A DNA stretch of 64,000 nucleotides from Dehalococcoidia bacterium (GTDB lineage Bacteria; Chloroflexota; Dehalococcoidia; Lucifugimonadales; Australimonadaceae): positions 1,662 to 65,661 of the forward strand of contig DAOUJK010000006.1 of the NCBI GenBank assembly GCA_034422795.1. The letters are read 5' to 3'. The translations under genes were made by a program, and so were the position numbers. The notes beneath the pieces were generated by a model. The model worked only from the letters and a program-made list of their open reading frames with translations, did not search any database and was not told the origin of the DNA. The stretch's first letter is position 1. Each line of letters opens with the position of its first letter. This document shows, piece after piece, positions 44,876 through 53,597 of the stretch.

Positions 44876-46648
44876 TCAGCATGGAGGCAGTCCATCGGCA
44901 AACACATTCGCCCTGCTATGCAAGTCCCCAGGGATGCAGCCACTCAACCGGTTACCGCCCAGGATGAGCCATTCCAGGTTGGCGAGGTTTGCCAACTCCG
45001 GCGGTATGGGTCCGCTCAACTGGTTATCGCTGAGGTCCAGTTTTTCCAAGTTGATGAGGTCGCCCAGTTCCGGCGGTATAGGTCCGCTCAACCGGTTATC
45101 GCCGAGGTCCAGTATCTTGAGGTCGGTAAGGTTGCCCAGTTCCGGCGGTATCGATCCGCTCAATCCGTTGTCATTGAGGCTCAAGTGGATCACTCGGTTA
45201 TCGCTGACCCCTACGCCGTACCAGTAACCATCGTAGAGCCTAGCGTCGTTGAGCCAGCCCTCTTTGTCGTCCGCCCCGTAGAGCCCCACTTTCTCCGTCC
45301 AGTTTGGTCCACCTGTGGCGTTGTAGAGGGCAACCAAGGCCTCCAGGACTGTTCTGTGAAAGAGAAGGAAGGGCGACAGGTCGAAAGGAGCCCCCGTCTC
45401 GCCGTCGGAGAAGACCCACTGCAGCCCGACTGCATTCTCAGGCGGCGCTTCGTATGCCGCGAAGTAGTCAGCCTCAGCGCCAGGAGAGAAAGCGTCACCG
45501 AAGTTTCCCGACCAGCCGCAGGAACTTCTTCCGTACCGCAGACCTTCCCCATCCTCAAGGGTCGCGTGTACGTCGCAGTCCGGCGGCTCCGGTAAGACGT
45601 TGCCGCCGGCATTGCGGACCAACGCTCGCACGGTGAGCGAACCCTCCCCGGGGTAGGCATCCGTCACTGCCACCTCGAAGTCGCCGACGCGCACGCTCTC
45701 GCCGGGGGAGAACGTGCCTAGCAGGACAATGTCTGGAACTGCCACTGCCAACGTGTAGCTGCCGACCCCAGAATCCCGGCCCCTCACCGTAACGGAGTAA
45801 TCACCCGACTCAGAGGCCCTCCAGGCGAACTTCGATGACAGAGGGTCGTTCCGGGCCAGCACCTGCCCACCCTCGCGGGAAGCGCGCAGCAGAGACACCT
45901 CAGCGCCGGGCAGGGTGTCAAGCACCACATTTACCTCGTAAAGCTGGCCCTCTTCCGCAGTGAAGATGAAGAAGTCTGAGTCATATTCATAGTCCACAAT
46001 GCCTTCAACAGGCACTCCTACAGTTACGATAGTGGCGCCATCAACGTCGTGTGCTTGCGCATGATCGTCGGGGACGCCTTCCGGATCAATGCAACCGGCT
46101 GCCGCCATCTGTCGAACTACATCGTAAGACATCCGGCTGACGATGCTCTCTATCTCTGCTTCGTCCGCTTCAAGGTCCCCGGCAAGAACCAGGAATACAG
46201 AGAAATCTATCTCTTCGTCCTGGGGAAGCGCATCGAGAGCGGCCTTGAACTTCTCGTAGGCCGCCACGTTTGCATTGTGCCATTCGGCGGCCTCGGCGGG
46301 TGGAGCCAGCGAGGACATCCTGTCGATTACCTCTCCCAGGGAAGCCGAGAAGTCCCCATAGGTCTCCGGCTCTTCGCCGCCTCCAAACGATTCACAGTTC
46401 AACTGCAGGAGGTAGTCGTCAAGTGACAGCGCAGCGCCCGCTGGACCGGGTGCCTCCGTCGGTGCGGACGTCGCTGTTGCGGCAGGCGTTAGAGGGGCTG
46501 CCACGGTGGCTGCTGGCGTGGCGGTGGGCGCCGCAGTCGGCGCAGGCTGCGAGCACCCCGCCAGGAGCAGCGCGAGCAGAACGAGTGCCCCGGCACTCAG
46601 GCTCAGCAGGTTACGATGGTTCCTCGGCATCCCCGGTGTCTTGTCCAT
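44876..46648 (-). CDS. lipoprotein with PPC-like domain and C-terminal plant-type leucine-rich repeats
   Basis: MPRNHRNLLSLSAGALVLLALLLAGC lipobox. DYEYDSDFFIFTAEEGQLYEV is PPC-like. Four 24-aa LxxLxLxxNxLSGxIPPELGxL repeats encoded by 72-bp DNA repeats at about 44930-45215. Confidence 0.85.
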   Translation of the reverse strand: MDKTPGMPRNHRNLLSLSAGALVLLALLLAGCSQPAPTAAPTATPAATVAAPLTPAATATSAPTEAPGPAGAALSLDDYLLQLNCESFGGGEEPETYGDFSASLGEVIDRMSSLAPPAEAAEWHNANVAAYEKFKAALDALPQDEEIDFSVFLVLAGDLEADEAEIESIVSRMSYDVVRQMAAAGCIDPEGVPDDHAQAHDVDGATIVTVGVPVEGIVDYEYDSDFFIFTAEEGQLYEVNVVLDTLPGAEVSLLRASREGGQVLARNDPLSSKFAWRASESGDYSVTVRGRDSGVGSYTLAVAVPDIVLLGTFSPGESVRVGDFEVAVTDAYPGEGSLTVRALVRNAGGNVLPEPPDCDVHATLEDGEGLRYGRSSCGWSGNFGDAFSPGAEADYFAAYEAPPENAVGLQWVFSDGETGAPFDLSPFLLFHRTVLEALVALYNATGGPNWTEKVGLYGADDKEGWLNDARLYDGYWYGVGVSDNRVIHLSLNDNGLSGSIPPELGNLTDLKILDLGDNRLSGPIPPELGDLINLEKLDLSDNQLSGPIPPELANLANLEWLILGGNRLSGCIPGDLHSRANVFADGLPPC

Positions 46649-46886
46649 GTGCTTCCTTCTCTTTTCGTAGGCCCCCGAGCAAAGCGGGGACGCGCCGGGA
46701 GGAGTGCGCGTCCCCGCCTGCAGGGGCCTGTGCGTTCTCTGAACAGTCCGTCGCGGGTGCGCAGGCTGTTCAGACTGTCGCGCCTCAGGTCGAAGTCGTC
46801 TCCGTGCTCTTCCTCGTCTTCCTGAAGAGGCGGGCCACAAACCGGCTACGCGGCGCGAGGGTCCGGGCCGGCTCCGGGGGTGCCCC

Positions 46887-47636
46887 TCAACCTGTCGCTC
46901 TCCCTGCAGAACCGCGCCGGGTGAAGAACAAGATGGCGACAGCAGCCAGGGCGATGACCGCTACGGCTGCAGCCGCGCCGATGGCGATTACCGGCAGTCC
47001 GCCGCCTGCGGTGGAGCGGGCAGTCAGCTGGAGCGCTTCGGTGTGGTCGGAGTCAAGGTCGATCTGCCAGACCAGTTCGCTGTTCTCGACACGGTCAGCG
47101 TTGTGCTCGGCGATCTCTCCAGGGAGCTTGGCGCGCACTCGGAACCACCCGTCTGCAAAGAGCGCTTCCGATATGCCAAAGTCTGCTGCGGAGCCGTCGT
47201 CTTCCGAGACAGGAGGGACAGTCATGGAGAAGCGCCAGTCGCCATTCTCGTCCTGGCTGATATCGGGCAGATCGACTTCTGTTCCACCTTCCTGATTCCA
47301 CTCGGCCAGGATGGGGCGGACCTCGGCGTAGTCGGTGAACGGCAGGGTCATGACAAAGCCGGTGTAGCCGTCCTCGCTGTATTCACGGACCTCAGACCCC
47401 GGTGGGCCCTGTGGCAGGTCCGCCGTGTCCATCGAGGTTCCTTCCATGGAATTCATGAGTGCCGTGAACTCGTCGCTGATGCCAACGGTGTATCCAACGA
47501 CGCCCGACCCGTCCTCGTTTACCACGAACGACATCTCGATGCGGAAACATCCTGTCGTCAGCAGAACGGCAAGCGGCAGCAGTAACGCCCAGCCGAGCAT
47601 GCTGCGCAGGGTTGTTCCACTCTGTGCCCTCTTCAT
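46887..47636 (-). CDS. lipoprotein with C-terminal TM anchor (LppM/DUF3153-like, tentative)
   Basis: AAGGAGGG RBS before the ATG at 47636. Lipobox LLTTGC and a C-terminal hydrophobic helix followed by basic residues. Confidence 0.7.
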   Translation of the reverse strand: MKRAQSGTTLRSMLGWALLLPLAVLLTTGCFRIEMSFVVNEDGSGVVGYTVGISDEFTALMNSMEGTSMDTADLPQGPPGSEVREYSEDGYTGFVMTLPFTDYAEVRPILAEWNQEGGTEVDLPDISQDENGDWRFSMTVPPVSEDDGSAADFGISEALFADGWFRVRAKLPGEIAEHNADRVENSELVWQIDLDSDHTEALQLTARSTAGGGLPVIAIGAAAAVAVIALAAVAILFFTRRGSAGRATG

Positions 47637-47817
47637 CTCCAAACCCTCCTTTCGCTGATGCGTACGTTCCGCCGTTCGGGATATTGGCACCTCCCTTTAC
47701 GGGCTGTAAGGTTCGTTCGCACCCTGACCAGCGAGGTACCTTTACACCTGTCGCATAGAGAGCCATTCCATCTACCGTCCCCTTGAACGGACCCACACAG
47801 CATGAGAGGACCTGCGC

Positions 47818-49053
47818 TTGCGGACCACCACCACGCACGATCCCGTTGACGAGCCCCGCCGGCTTCCCGACCGGACAGGTGCGGACGACCTGCTGTATGG
47901 GGTAAGGGTCGCCGTATGGGTGCGCTATTTCGTGCTGCTCGCATGGTTCGCGCAGATGAACTACCGCCCCAACTTTGCCGACCCCAACTATCTCCCGAAC
48001 ACGCTGTTCGCCACGACGATGCTGGTGCTCAACGGCTACGTCCACTACCGGATCCTGACCGGTCGAACGGTGACATGGCGCTGGATGCTCACACTCAGCG
48101 TGATGGACGCAATCATGCTCACTGCAGGCCTCGCTGTCTCCAGCAGTTTTCAGAACTCCTTCTTCGTGCTCTACTACCCCGCCCTCGCCATGTTCGCCGT
48201 CGTCTTCACGTCCTCCCGGCTCAGCTTCCTGGGGGTCACGCTCACAGCAGTGGCGTACGCGACCATGAGCCTGCTGGTGGAGCCGGTCGTGGACTTCGAG
48301 ATCAAGGAGGAGAAGATCCTGTTCACCCGGATCGCCGTCATGTATGCGGTCGTTGGAGCAGTCAATCTCGTCTCCCGGTTTGAGCGAATCAGGAGAAGGG
48401 AGGTTGTCGAACGGGAACGGGAGCTCCAGCGGGAACGAGTAGAGCTCTCGCAGACCATCCACGACACCATCGCGCAGTCCACCTACATGATCGGCATCGG
48501 CATAGAGACCGCCATCGAACTGGCGGACGATCGAGAGGGGAAGAGCCGCGACGAGATACTCGCCAAGCTGTACGCCGCGCATGCGCTGGCGAAGTCGACG
48601 ATGTGGGAGCTGAGACACCCCATCGATGCAGGCCCTCTCTTCGAGGGACGGGAGCTGAGCCGGGTGTTGAGGTCGCACACCTCGACGTTCGCCACGATCA
48701 CGTCGATCCCGGCAGAGATGGTCCAGTCAGGCCGTGAGCCTCCGCTCCCCGCCCTGACGCGGCGGCTGCTCTTCTCCGTAGCTCACAACGCGATGACCAA
48801 CGCGTTCCGGCACGCACAGGCGAGCAAGGTCACCGTATCCCTGGACTTCGAGGACGACGGTCTGCGGATGTCGATATCGGACGACGGCGTCGGCCTGCCC
48901 GAAGGCTATGCGGAGCGCGGCCACGGCTTCAGGAACATGCAAGCGGACGCCCAGCGGATGGGAGGCCACCTCGAAGTGGTCCTTGGCGAGCCCGGACGCG
49001 GCACGACCGTAACGTGCGTGGTCACGTATGGCGCGCACGATGGAGGGACGTAA
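47818..49053 (+). CDS. membrane sensor histidine kinase (HisKA_3/NarX-type)
   Basis: About 5 N-terminal TM helices, H-box SQTIHDTIAQSTY, HATPase_c (NAFRHA, DDGVGLP, GHGFRNM). Start uncertain (TTG 47818 or GTG 47920). Confidence 0.85.
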   Translation: MRTTTTHDPVDEPRRLPDRTGADDLLYGVRVAVWVRYFVLLAWFAQMNYRPNFADPNYLPNTLFATTMLVLNGYVHYRILTGRTVTWRWMLTLSVMDAIMLTAGLAVSSSFQNSFFVLYYPALAMFAVVFTSSRLSFLGVTLTAVAYATMSLLVEPVVDFEIKEEKILFTRIAVMYAVVGAVNLVSRFERIRRREVVERERELQRERVELSQTIHDTIAQSTYMIGIGIETAIELADDREGKSRDEILAKLYAAHALAKSTMWELRHPIDAGPLFEGRELSRVLRSHTSTFATITSIPAEMVQSGREPPLPALTRRLLFSVAHNAMTNAFRHAQASKVTVSLDFEDDGLRMSISDDGVGLPEGYAERGHGFRNMQADAQRMGGHLEVVLGEPGRGTTVTCVVTYGAHDGGT

Positions 49054-49712
49054 TGGGGCCGGTCACACAAACCAGGGTGATGATCGTGGACGACCACGAG
49101 ATCATGCGGGACGGTCTGCGCGAGGTGCTGTAGCGGTCCGGCGGCTTCGAGGTGGTGGGCGAGGCCGGGGACGGCGAGGCCGCCGTAAGGGTGGCCCGGA
49201 GTCTCAAGCCCGACGTGATCGTCATGGACGTGATGATGCCGCTCAAGAACGGCATAGACGCCTGCCGCGAGATATCCGAGGCACTGCCGGACACGAGCGT
49301 GTTGATCCTCACTGCCGCAACCGAAGAGGATGCCGTGGTGGAAGCGGTCGCCGCCGGCGCCGTGGGCTACCTGCAGAAGTTCTCCGGCAAGAAGGCGCTG
49401 CTCCGCACCGTCCGCGACATTGCGGATGGCGAGTACCGCATACCCGCCAGCGTGATGGGGCGCGTGTTTGCCGAGATCCGTGCGTCGGCCCGGCGAGAGA
49501 AGGCGCCGAAGCCCGGCGGACTTACGGAGCGGGAGCGAGAGATCCTCACGCTGTTCGCGCAGGGGCTGTCCTACGCGAAGATCGCCGAGGCGAGGGGCAA
49601 CCAGCCGGTGACGGTACGGAACGCCATCTACGGCATCCAGGACAAGCTCGGGATCGGGACGAAGCAGGAGCTGGTGGTCTGGGCAGTGCGGAACGGCTTG
49701 CTGGATGGGTGA
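49053..49712 (+). pseudogene. NarL/LuxR-family response regulator interrupted by an in-frame TAG at 49131-49133
   Basis: MGPVTQTRVMIVDDHEIMRDGLREVL-TAG-RSGGFEVVGEAGDGEAAV...DVIVMDVMMP... reads as a continuous receiver domain across the stop. C-terminal LTEREREILTLFAQGLSYAKIA HTH. The ATG overlaps the kinase stop (TAATG). Confidence 0.7.
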
Positions 49713-49717
49713 GAGGG

Positions 49718-49891
49718 CTACCGTCCGTACCGGACGTACCAGTAGACGAACAGCGCCATCGCCACCGCGATGATAGCCAGGCTTGCGACGGCGAACGCCG
49801 AGTTCACCAGCACGCCGAGGCTGTTGAGGACGACGGCGATGATGACGAAGATGAACACCACGCCGACCAGTCCGGCATCCTCACGCTTCAT
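49718..49891 (-). CDS. 57-aa two-TM hypothetical membrane protein (below the ORF-track cutoff)
   Basis: Manual translation gives MKREDAGLVGVVFIFVIIAVVLNSLGVLVNSAFAVASLAIIAVAMALFVYWYVRYGR. GGAGAGGAGGAAG RBS upstream of the ATG at 49891. Confidence 0.45.
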   Translation of the reverse strand: MKREDAGLVGVVFIFVIIAVVLNSLGVLVNSAFAVASLAIIAVAMALFVYWYVRYGR

Positions 49892-49951
49892 CGCTTCCTC
49901 CTCTCCTCGGTGAAGGCTGTTCCACCTGCCCCAGACCCCACCTCCGCAGTA

Positions 49952-50114
49952 CCCTCTCCCTAACCCTCTCCCCTTGTAGAGAGAGGGGACCAGACACCCG
50001 CTGCCTCACCCGTCCGGGCTGCGAGGTTGCGCGCTAAAGCGCGGGCCTTCGCAGGAACGACGGGGGGCGCTTCCGAGAGATGCTTCGACTCCGCCTCCGG
50101 CTCCGCTCACCATG
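49952..50114. repeat. composite of dispersed intergenic repeat families
   Basis: ccctctccc..gagagggg hairpin (49952-49990). 50015-50064 is the reverse complement of 26901-26950. 50075-50114 is related to 25382-25420. Confidence 0.75.
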
Positions 50115-50123
50115 GCACGATCG

Positions 50124-50954
50124 TCAGCGGCCCGGGAAGTCCGGGGGGCGCTTCTCCCTGAACGAGCGCACGCCTTCCAGGAAGTCCTCGCTCGCCTCGA
50201 CGCGGTCGAGCGCCCGCAGGCGATCTTCCGGCACCTGGTCGGCAGCGCCGAACTCCAGCAGGTCCCGTATCACCTGCTTGTGCGTGCGGTGCGACACCGG
50301 CGACAGCGACGCGATCTCCTCCGCAAGCGCTCGCGCCTCTTCCATGAGTGCGCTGTTCTCCACGACCATGCTCACGATACCGGTGACGAAAGCGCGCGGG
50401 GCCGGGACCATGCGTCCCGTCAGCATGAGGTAGGCGGTGTCCCCGGGCCCCACGAGGCGCAGCAGGCGGTCGATGTGCCCGTGCGACACGCCGATACCGC
50501 GCTTCGCCGCGGGGAGGCCGAACTGCGCGTCCGCCGAGGCGATGCGCACGTCGGCACAGAGAGCAAGCTCCAGCCCCCCGCCGAGGCAGTAGCCGCGTAT
50601 CGCTGCGATGGTGGGCTTGGAGAGCGCGTTCAGCGCGTCGCACGCGGCGTGCACGGCCTCCCTGTAGTTGCGCGCGCGGTCAGGGGTGCTGCGCGTCTCC
50701 TCGAAGTCCTTGATGTCCGCGCCCGCCGAGAACGCCTTCTCGCCCGCGCCGGTCAGCAGCACTACGCGCACCGTGTCGTCGGCGTCCAGCCCGGCGAACA
50801 GCGTCGGCAGGCGCACCCACATGTCGTAGGAGATGGCGTTCCGCTGCTCCGGGCGGTTCAGCGTCAGCGTCGCGACGGCGCCGTCGCGCTCGACGAGCAA
50901 CTCCCTCTCCCTTGAGTACTCCTGCGTGGTGCTCATCGTATGTCTCACCCCCAT
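50124..50954 (-). CDS. enoyl-CoA hydratase/isomerase family protein
   Basis: Crotonase pattern LTLNRPEQRNA, GAGEKAFSAGADI, GYCLGGGLELAL. Confidence 0.88.
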   Translation of the reverse strand: MGVRHTMSTTQEYSRERELLVERDGAVATLTLNRPEQRNAISYDMWVRLPTLFAGLDADDTVRVVLLTGAGEKAFSAGADIKDFEETRSTPDRARNYREAVHAACDALNALSKPTIAAIRGYCLGGGLELALCADVRIASADAQFGLPAAKRGIGVSHGHIDRLLRLVGPGDTAYLMLTGRMVPAPRAFVTGIVSMVVENSALMEEARALAEEIASLSPVSHRTHKQVIRDLLEFGAADQVPEDRLRALDRVEASEDFLEGVRSFREKRPPDFPGR

Positions 50955-50984
50955 CCTGACCTTCCCCCATCAAGGGGGAAGGGA

Positions 50985-51440
50985 TCAGAGCGGCGCGTCC
51001 GCTGAGTCCGCCGCTCTGGCGCGCAGGCAGTCGAAGAAGCGGTCGATCTGCGTCTTCGCCACGGTGCCCATGAGGCGCTGGCCGACGCGCGCGAGCACGC
51101 CGGTGACCTGCACGTCGCCCTCGAAGCTCAGTCCCGTGGCCGCGCCGTCGTCCGCGAGCGCGAGCGATCCGCTGCCCCTGATCTCTGTTCGTGCGCCGGA
51201 GCCCTCGACCGTCATGCGGTACGACTCCGGCTCGACCACGTCCGTGATGGCGAGCGTGCCCCTGTACGAGCCGGAGACGATGCCGACACGCACCGAGAGC
51301 TCGATCTCGTAGCGGTCATCGCCGAGGGGCGTGAACGCGCCGACGCCGGGGATGCACGCACCAACGGCTGCCGTATCCATCAGCGTCTGCCACAGGCGCT
51401 CCCTGGGTACGTCGAACCGGTACGCTCCGCTCAGTTTCAT
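50985..51440 (-). CDS. coxG: SRPBCC-fold CoxG family protein
   Basis: MKLSGAYRFDVPRERLWQTLMD...; CoxG-like length and pattern; lies near the cox genes. Confidence 0.8.
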   Translation of the reverse strand: MKLSGAYRFDVPRERLWQTLMDTAAVGACIPGVGAFTPLGDDRYEIELSVRVGIVSGSYRGTLAITDVVEPESYRMTVEGSGARTEIRGSGSLALADDGAATGLSFEGDVQVTGVLARVGQRLMGTVAKTQIDRFFDCLRARAADSADAPL

Positions 51441-51505
51441 GCGTCTCTTCCCACGGGTGCTGCGTCCACTATAGCAGCGCGGGCAGATCCGTCATGCCCC
51501 TTCCC

Positions 51506-51551
51506 GTCATTCCCGCGCTTCAGCGCGCCACCGGCGGGAATCCAGAGTGAC
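51506..51551. repeat. dispersed hairpin repeat (gtcattcccgcg...cgggaatccag family)
   Basis: gtcattcccgcgcttcagcgcgccaccggcgggaatccagagtgac. Confidence 0.7.
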
Positions 51552-51639
51552 CGGGCAGCGCACACGGCGGGGTGGCGGCGCGGAGAAGGGAGGAGCCTCC
51601 ATCACAGGAATGGACACAGCGGAAGATACTGTAACAGCC

Positions 51640-51668
51640 TTGACCGAAACGAAATGGGGTTCTAGTGT
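51640..51668 (+). promoter_or_regulatory. candidate promoter of the low-GC orphan gene
   Basis: TTGACC (51640-51645), 17-nt spacer, TAGTGT (51663-51668). This is the same -10 hexamer as the rpoB candidate. AGGAGAG RBS before the ATG at 51704. Confidence 0.4.
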
Positions 51669-51703
51669 ATACCGTGTTGCCCAAATGACAGGAGAGAGAA
51701 ACG

Positions 51704-53443
51704 ATGCCGTCCGAGGAAGACAAGCAAACAAGGATGCTCACTAGCATCAAGGAAGGCATCGAACAGATTGAGGGGATAGTCAGGGAGTGCACGACTCGGA
51801 GTGTCGTCCACCGATGCTTCTTAGAGCAAGGCGATCCTAGACCAGACCTGCACTCCCCTGCGAAGCAGATAGCGTTCTTACTCGGGCTGATGCTCGCCAC
51901 AGATGAACCTGTTCAGGGTAGAGAATTCAACGACAGCGATTGGCGTAAGGTGAAAGAATCGCTCCACAACATATTTTATGCATACATCAGTAGATATTCT
52001 CCAGATGATAAACAATTCAGAGAGGAACCAGCGGACTGGCATAGGAAAAGAGAAATTGCTGTGCTTGCCTTTACTGATTATTTTCAGAAGACTATGCTAG
52101 CGACACCTGAAGACATAGCTGAACTCATTCGCCTGTACATTGTGCCCTATGATGATCAGTTGTCTCAAGATTTTGGAATAACCGCTTCCGACGCATTGAC
52201 CGTAGCAGAAGGCATTATACATGGAATCCAAGAAAGATTTGAGGCGAACTACCTAGCCACACCAGAAGAAAGATTGGCATGCCTTACAATAAGACTTGAA
52301 GATATTGTCAGTTCCTACGGCATGGCAGGCACCAATTTCTGGAACCTGTTCGCAATTGGACGTGGAGAAGGTGAGTCACTTCAGTACCCTACTGACAAAA
52401 GCGTTGTGGAATATAAACCTTGTATTCGATTATCCGGCGGCACCGCTTTTAGCGGGACGATGCAAGATATGCTTTTGGCAATACTATCTAGGAGTGAGAG
52501 TTGCTTGTCTAGCGGAGACAGGAAGGAAAACTATTTCCGCCACCGTGCTCAGGTGCTCGAAGACCAAGCTGCGTCTATGTTCGTCCGGCTTCTAGGCCCA
52601 GGTACTCAAGTCTACCGGAATTTATTCGAGACCTCAACGCACCAACAGGAACACGATTTAGTGATTGTACACAAGGATATCTGTCTGTTCGTCGAGGCCA
52701 AATCAGCTCCTCCAGACGAACCGTTTCGAGATCCGGAAAGGGCATTTACCCGCTTGCGCCGAAGCTTCCGATCTGACACTGGAATTCAGAAAGCATACAA
52801 TCAGGCACTTAGAATGATGAACGCCTTAAAAACCAAGGAGACTTGTGTGCTATATGACCATCAAGGCCAGGAAGCGTTATCGTTATCTAGTGCAATACTA
52901 GACAAGGCGTTCTGCGTTTGTGTGACCAGAGATAATCATGGCCCGGTCGCAACTTGTCTCTCTTTTCTATTGGAGAAGGAGGAAACTGATCCTTACCCAT
53001 GGGTGATCAGCACATTAGACTTACAGAATATCATTGAAGTTTGGCAATATTACAAATGGGGAGCGAAACAACTGAAAGCATTCTTGAAATACCGCATACA
53101 ATTACATACTTCGCTCTTTGGGGACGACGAACTGGATTATGTCGGCGCGTATGTCCGCAATTGCGGTTTACACCACTTCGTCGCACCTCAGGAACTTCCG
53201 TTGCCCATTAATCCGAGTTATTCCAACTTGTTCGATTGGATTCATAACCACTTATTCCGAGATGCACCACTGTTTAGAACGTATCCGGTTTATCCGGAAC
53301 CTGACGATGTGCAGAAGTTTCTCCAGACAGGCATATCAATCTTCTCCAACAGTCTGGGGCATCGGCGCATTAAGGCAGGGCGAAACGAGGCTTGCCCCTG
53401 CGATTCAGGTGTTAAGTTTAAACGATGCCATGGCATGCTCTGA
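51704..53443 (+). CDS. orphan 579-aa protein with a PD-(D/E)xK/NERD-like nuclease motif and a C-terminal SEC-C zinc motif
   Basis: EHDLVIVHKDICLFVEAKS matches D...ExK. C-terminal RNEACPCDSGVKFKRCHG is a SEC-C motif. Strongly AT-enriched codon usage. Confidence 0.75.
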   Translation: MPSEEDKQTRMLTSIKEGIEQIEGIVRECTTRSVVHRCFLEQGDPRPDLHSPAKQIAFLLGLMLATDEPVQGREFNDSDWRKVKESLHNIFYAYISRYSPDDKQFREEPADWHRKREIAVLAFTDYFQKTMLATPEDIAELIRLYIVPYDDQLSQDFGITASDALTVAEGIIHGIQERFEANYLATPEERLACLTIRLEDIVSSYGMAGTNFWNLFAIGRGEGESLQYPTDKSVVEYKPCIRLSGGTAFSGTMQDMLLAILSRSESCLSSGDRKENYFRHRAQVLEDQAASMFVRLLGPGTQVYRNLFETSTHQQEHDLVIVHKDICLFVEAKSAPPDEPFRDPERAFTRLRRSFRSDTGIQKAYNQALRMMNALKTKETCVLYDHQGQEALSLSSAILDKAFCVCVTRDNHGPVATCLSFLLEKEETDPYPWVISTLDLQNIIEVWQYYKWGAKQLKAFLKYRIQLHTSLFGDDELDYVGAYVRNCGLHHFVAPQELPLPINPSYSNLFDWIHNHLFRDAPLFRTYPVYPEPDDVQKFLQTGISIFSNSLGHRRIKAGRNEACPCDSGVKFKRCHGML

Positions 53444-53597
53444 CCGGCCAGCAGTCCTCTGCTCGCACAGAGACTACGCAGGGCATCCAGAAGATAGGCC
53501 CCGCCTGATCCCCCCCTGGCGTTCGGGCTGCGGCCTCGGTTGTTTCTGTGACACACGCCCGTTGCGCGGACGCCACACCCCTCCCTACGATGGTTGC

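Noticed and set aside
49131-49133. Possibility that the in-frame TAG in the response regulator is recoded (e.g. pyrrolysine or suppressor read-through).
   Set aside because: TAG terminates apt, rpoB and rpoC in this same window. No pyl genes or PYLIS-like context are visible. A single-base nonsense change or a sequencing error is far more likely.
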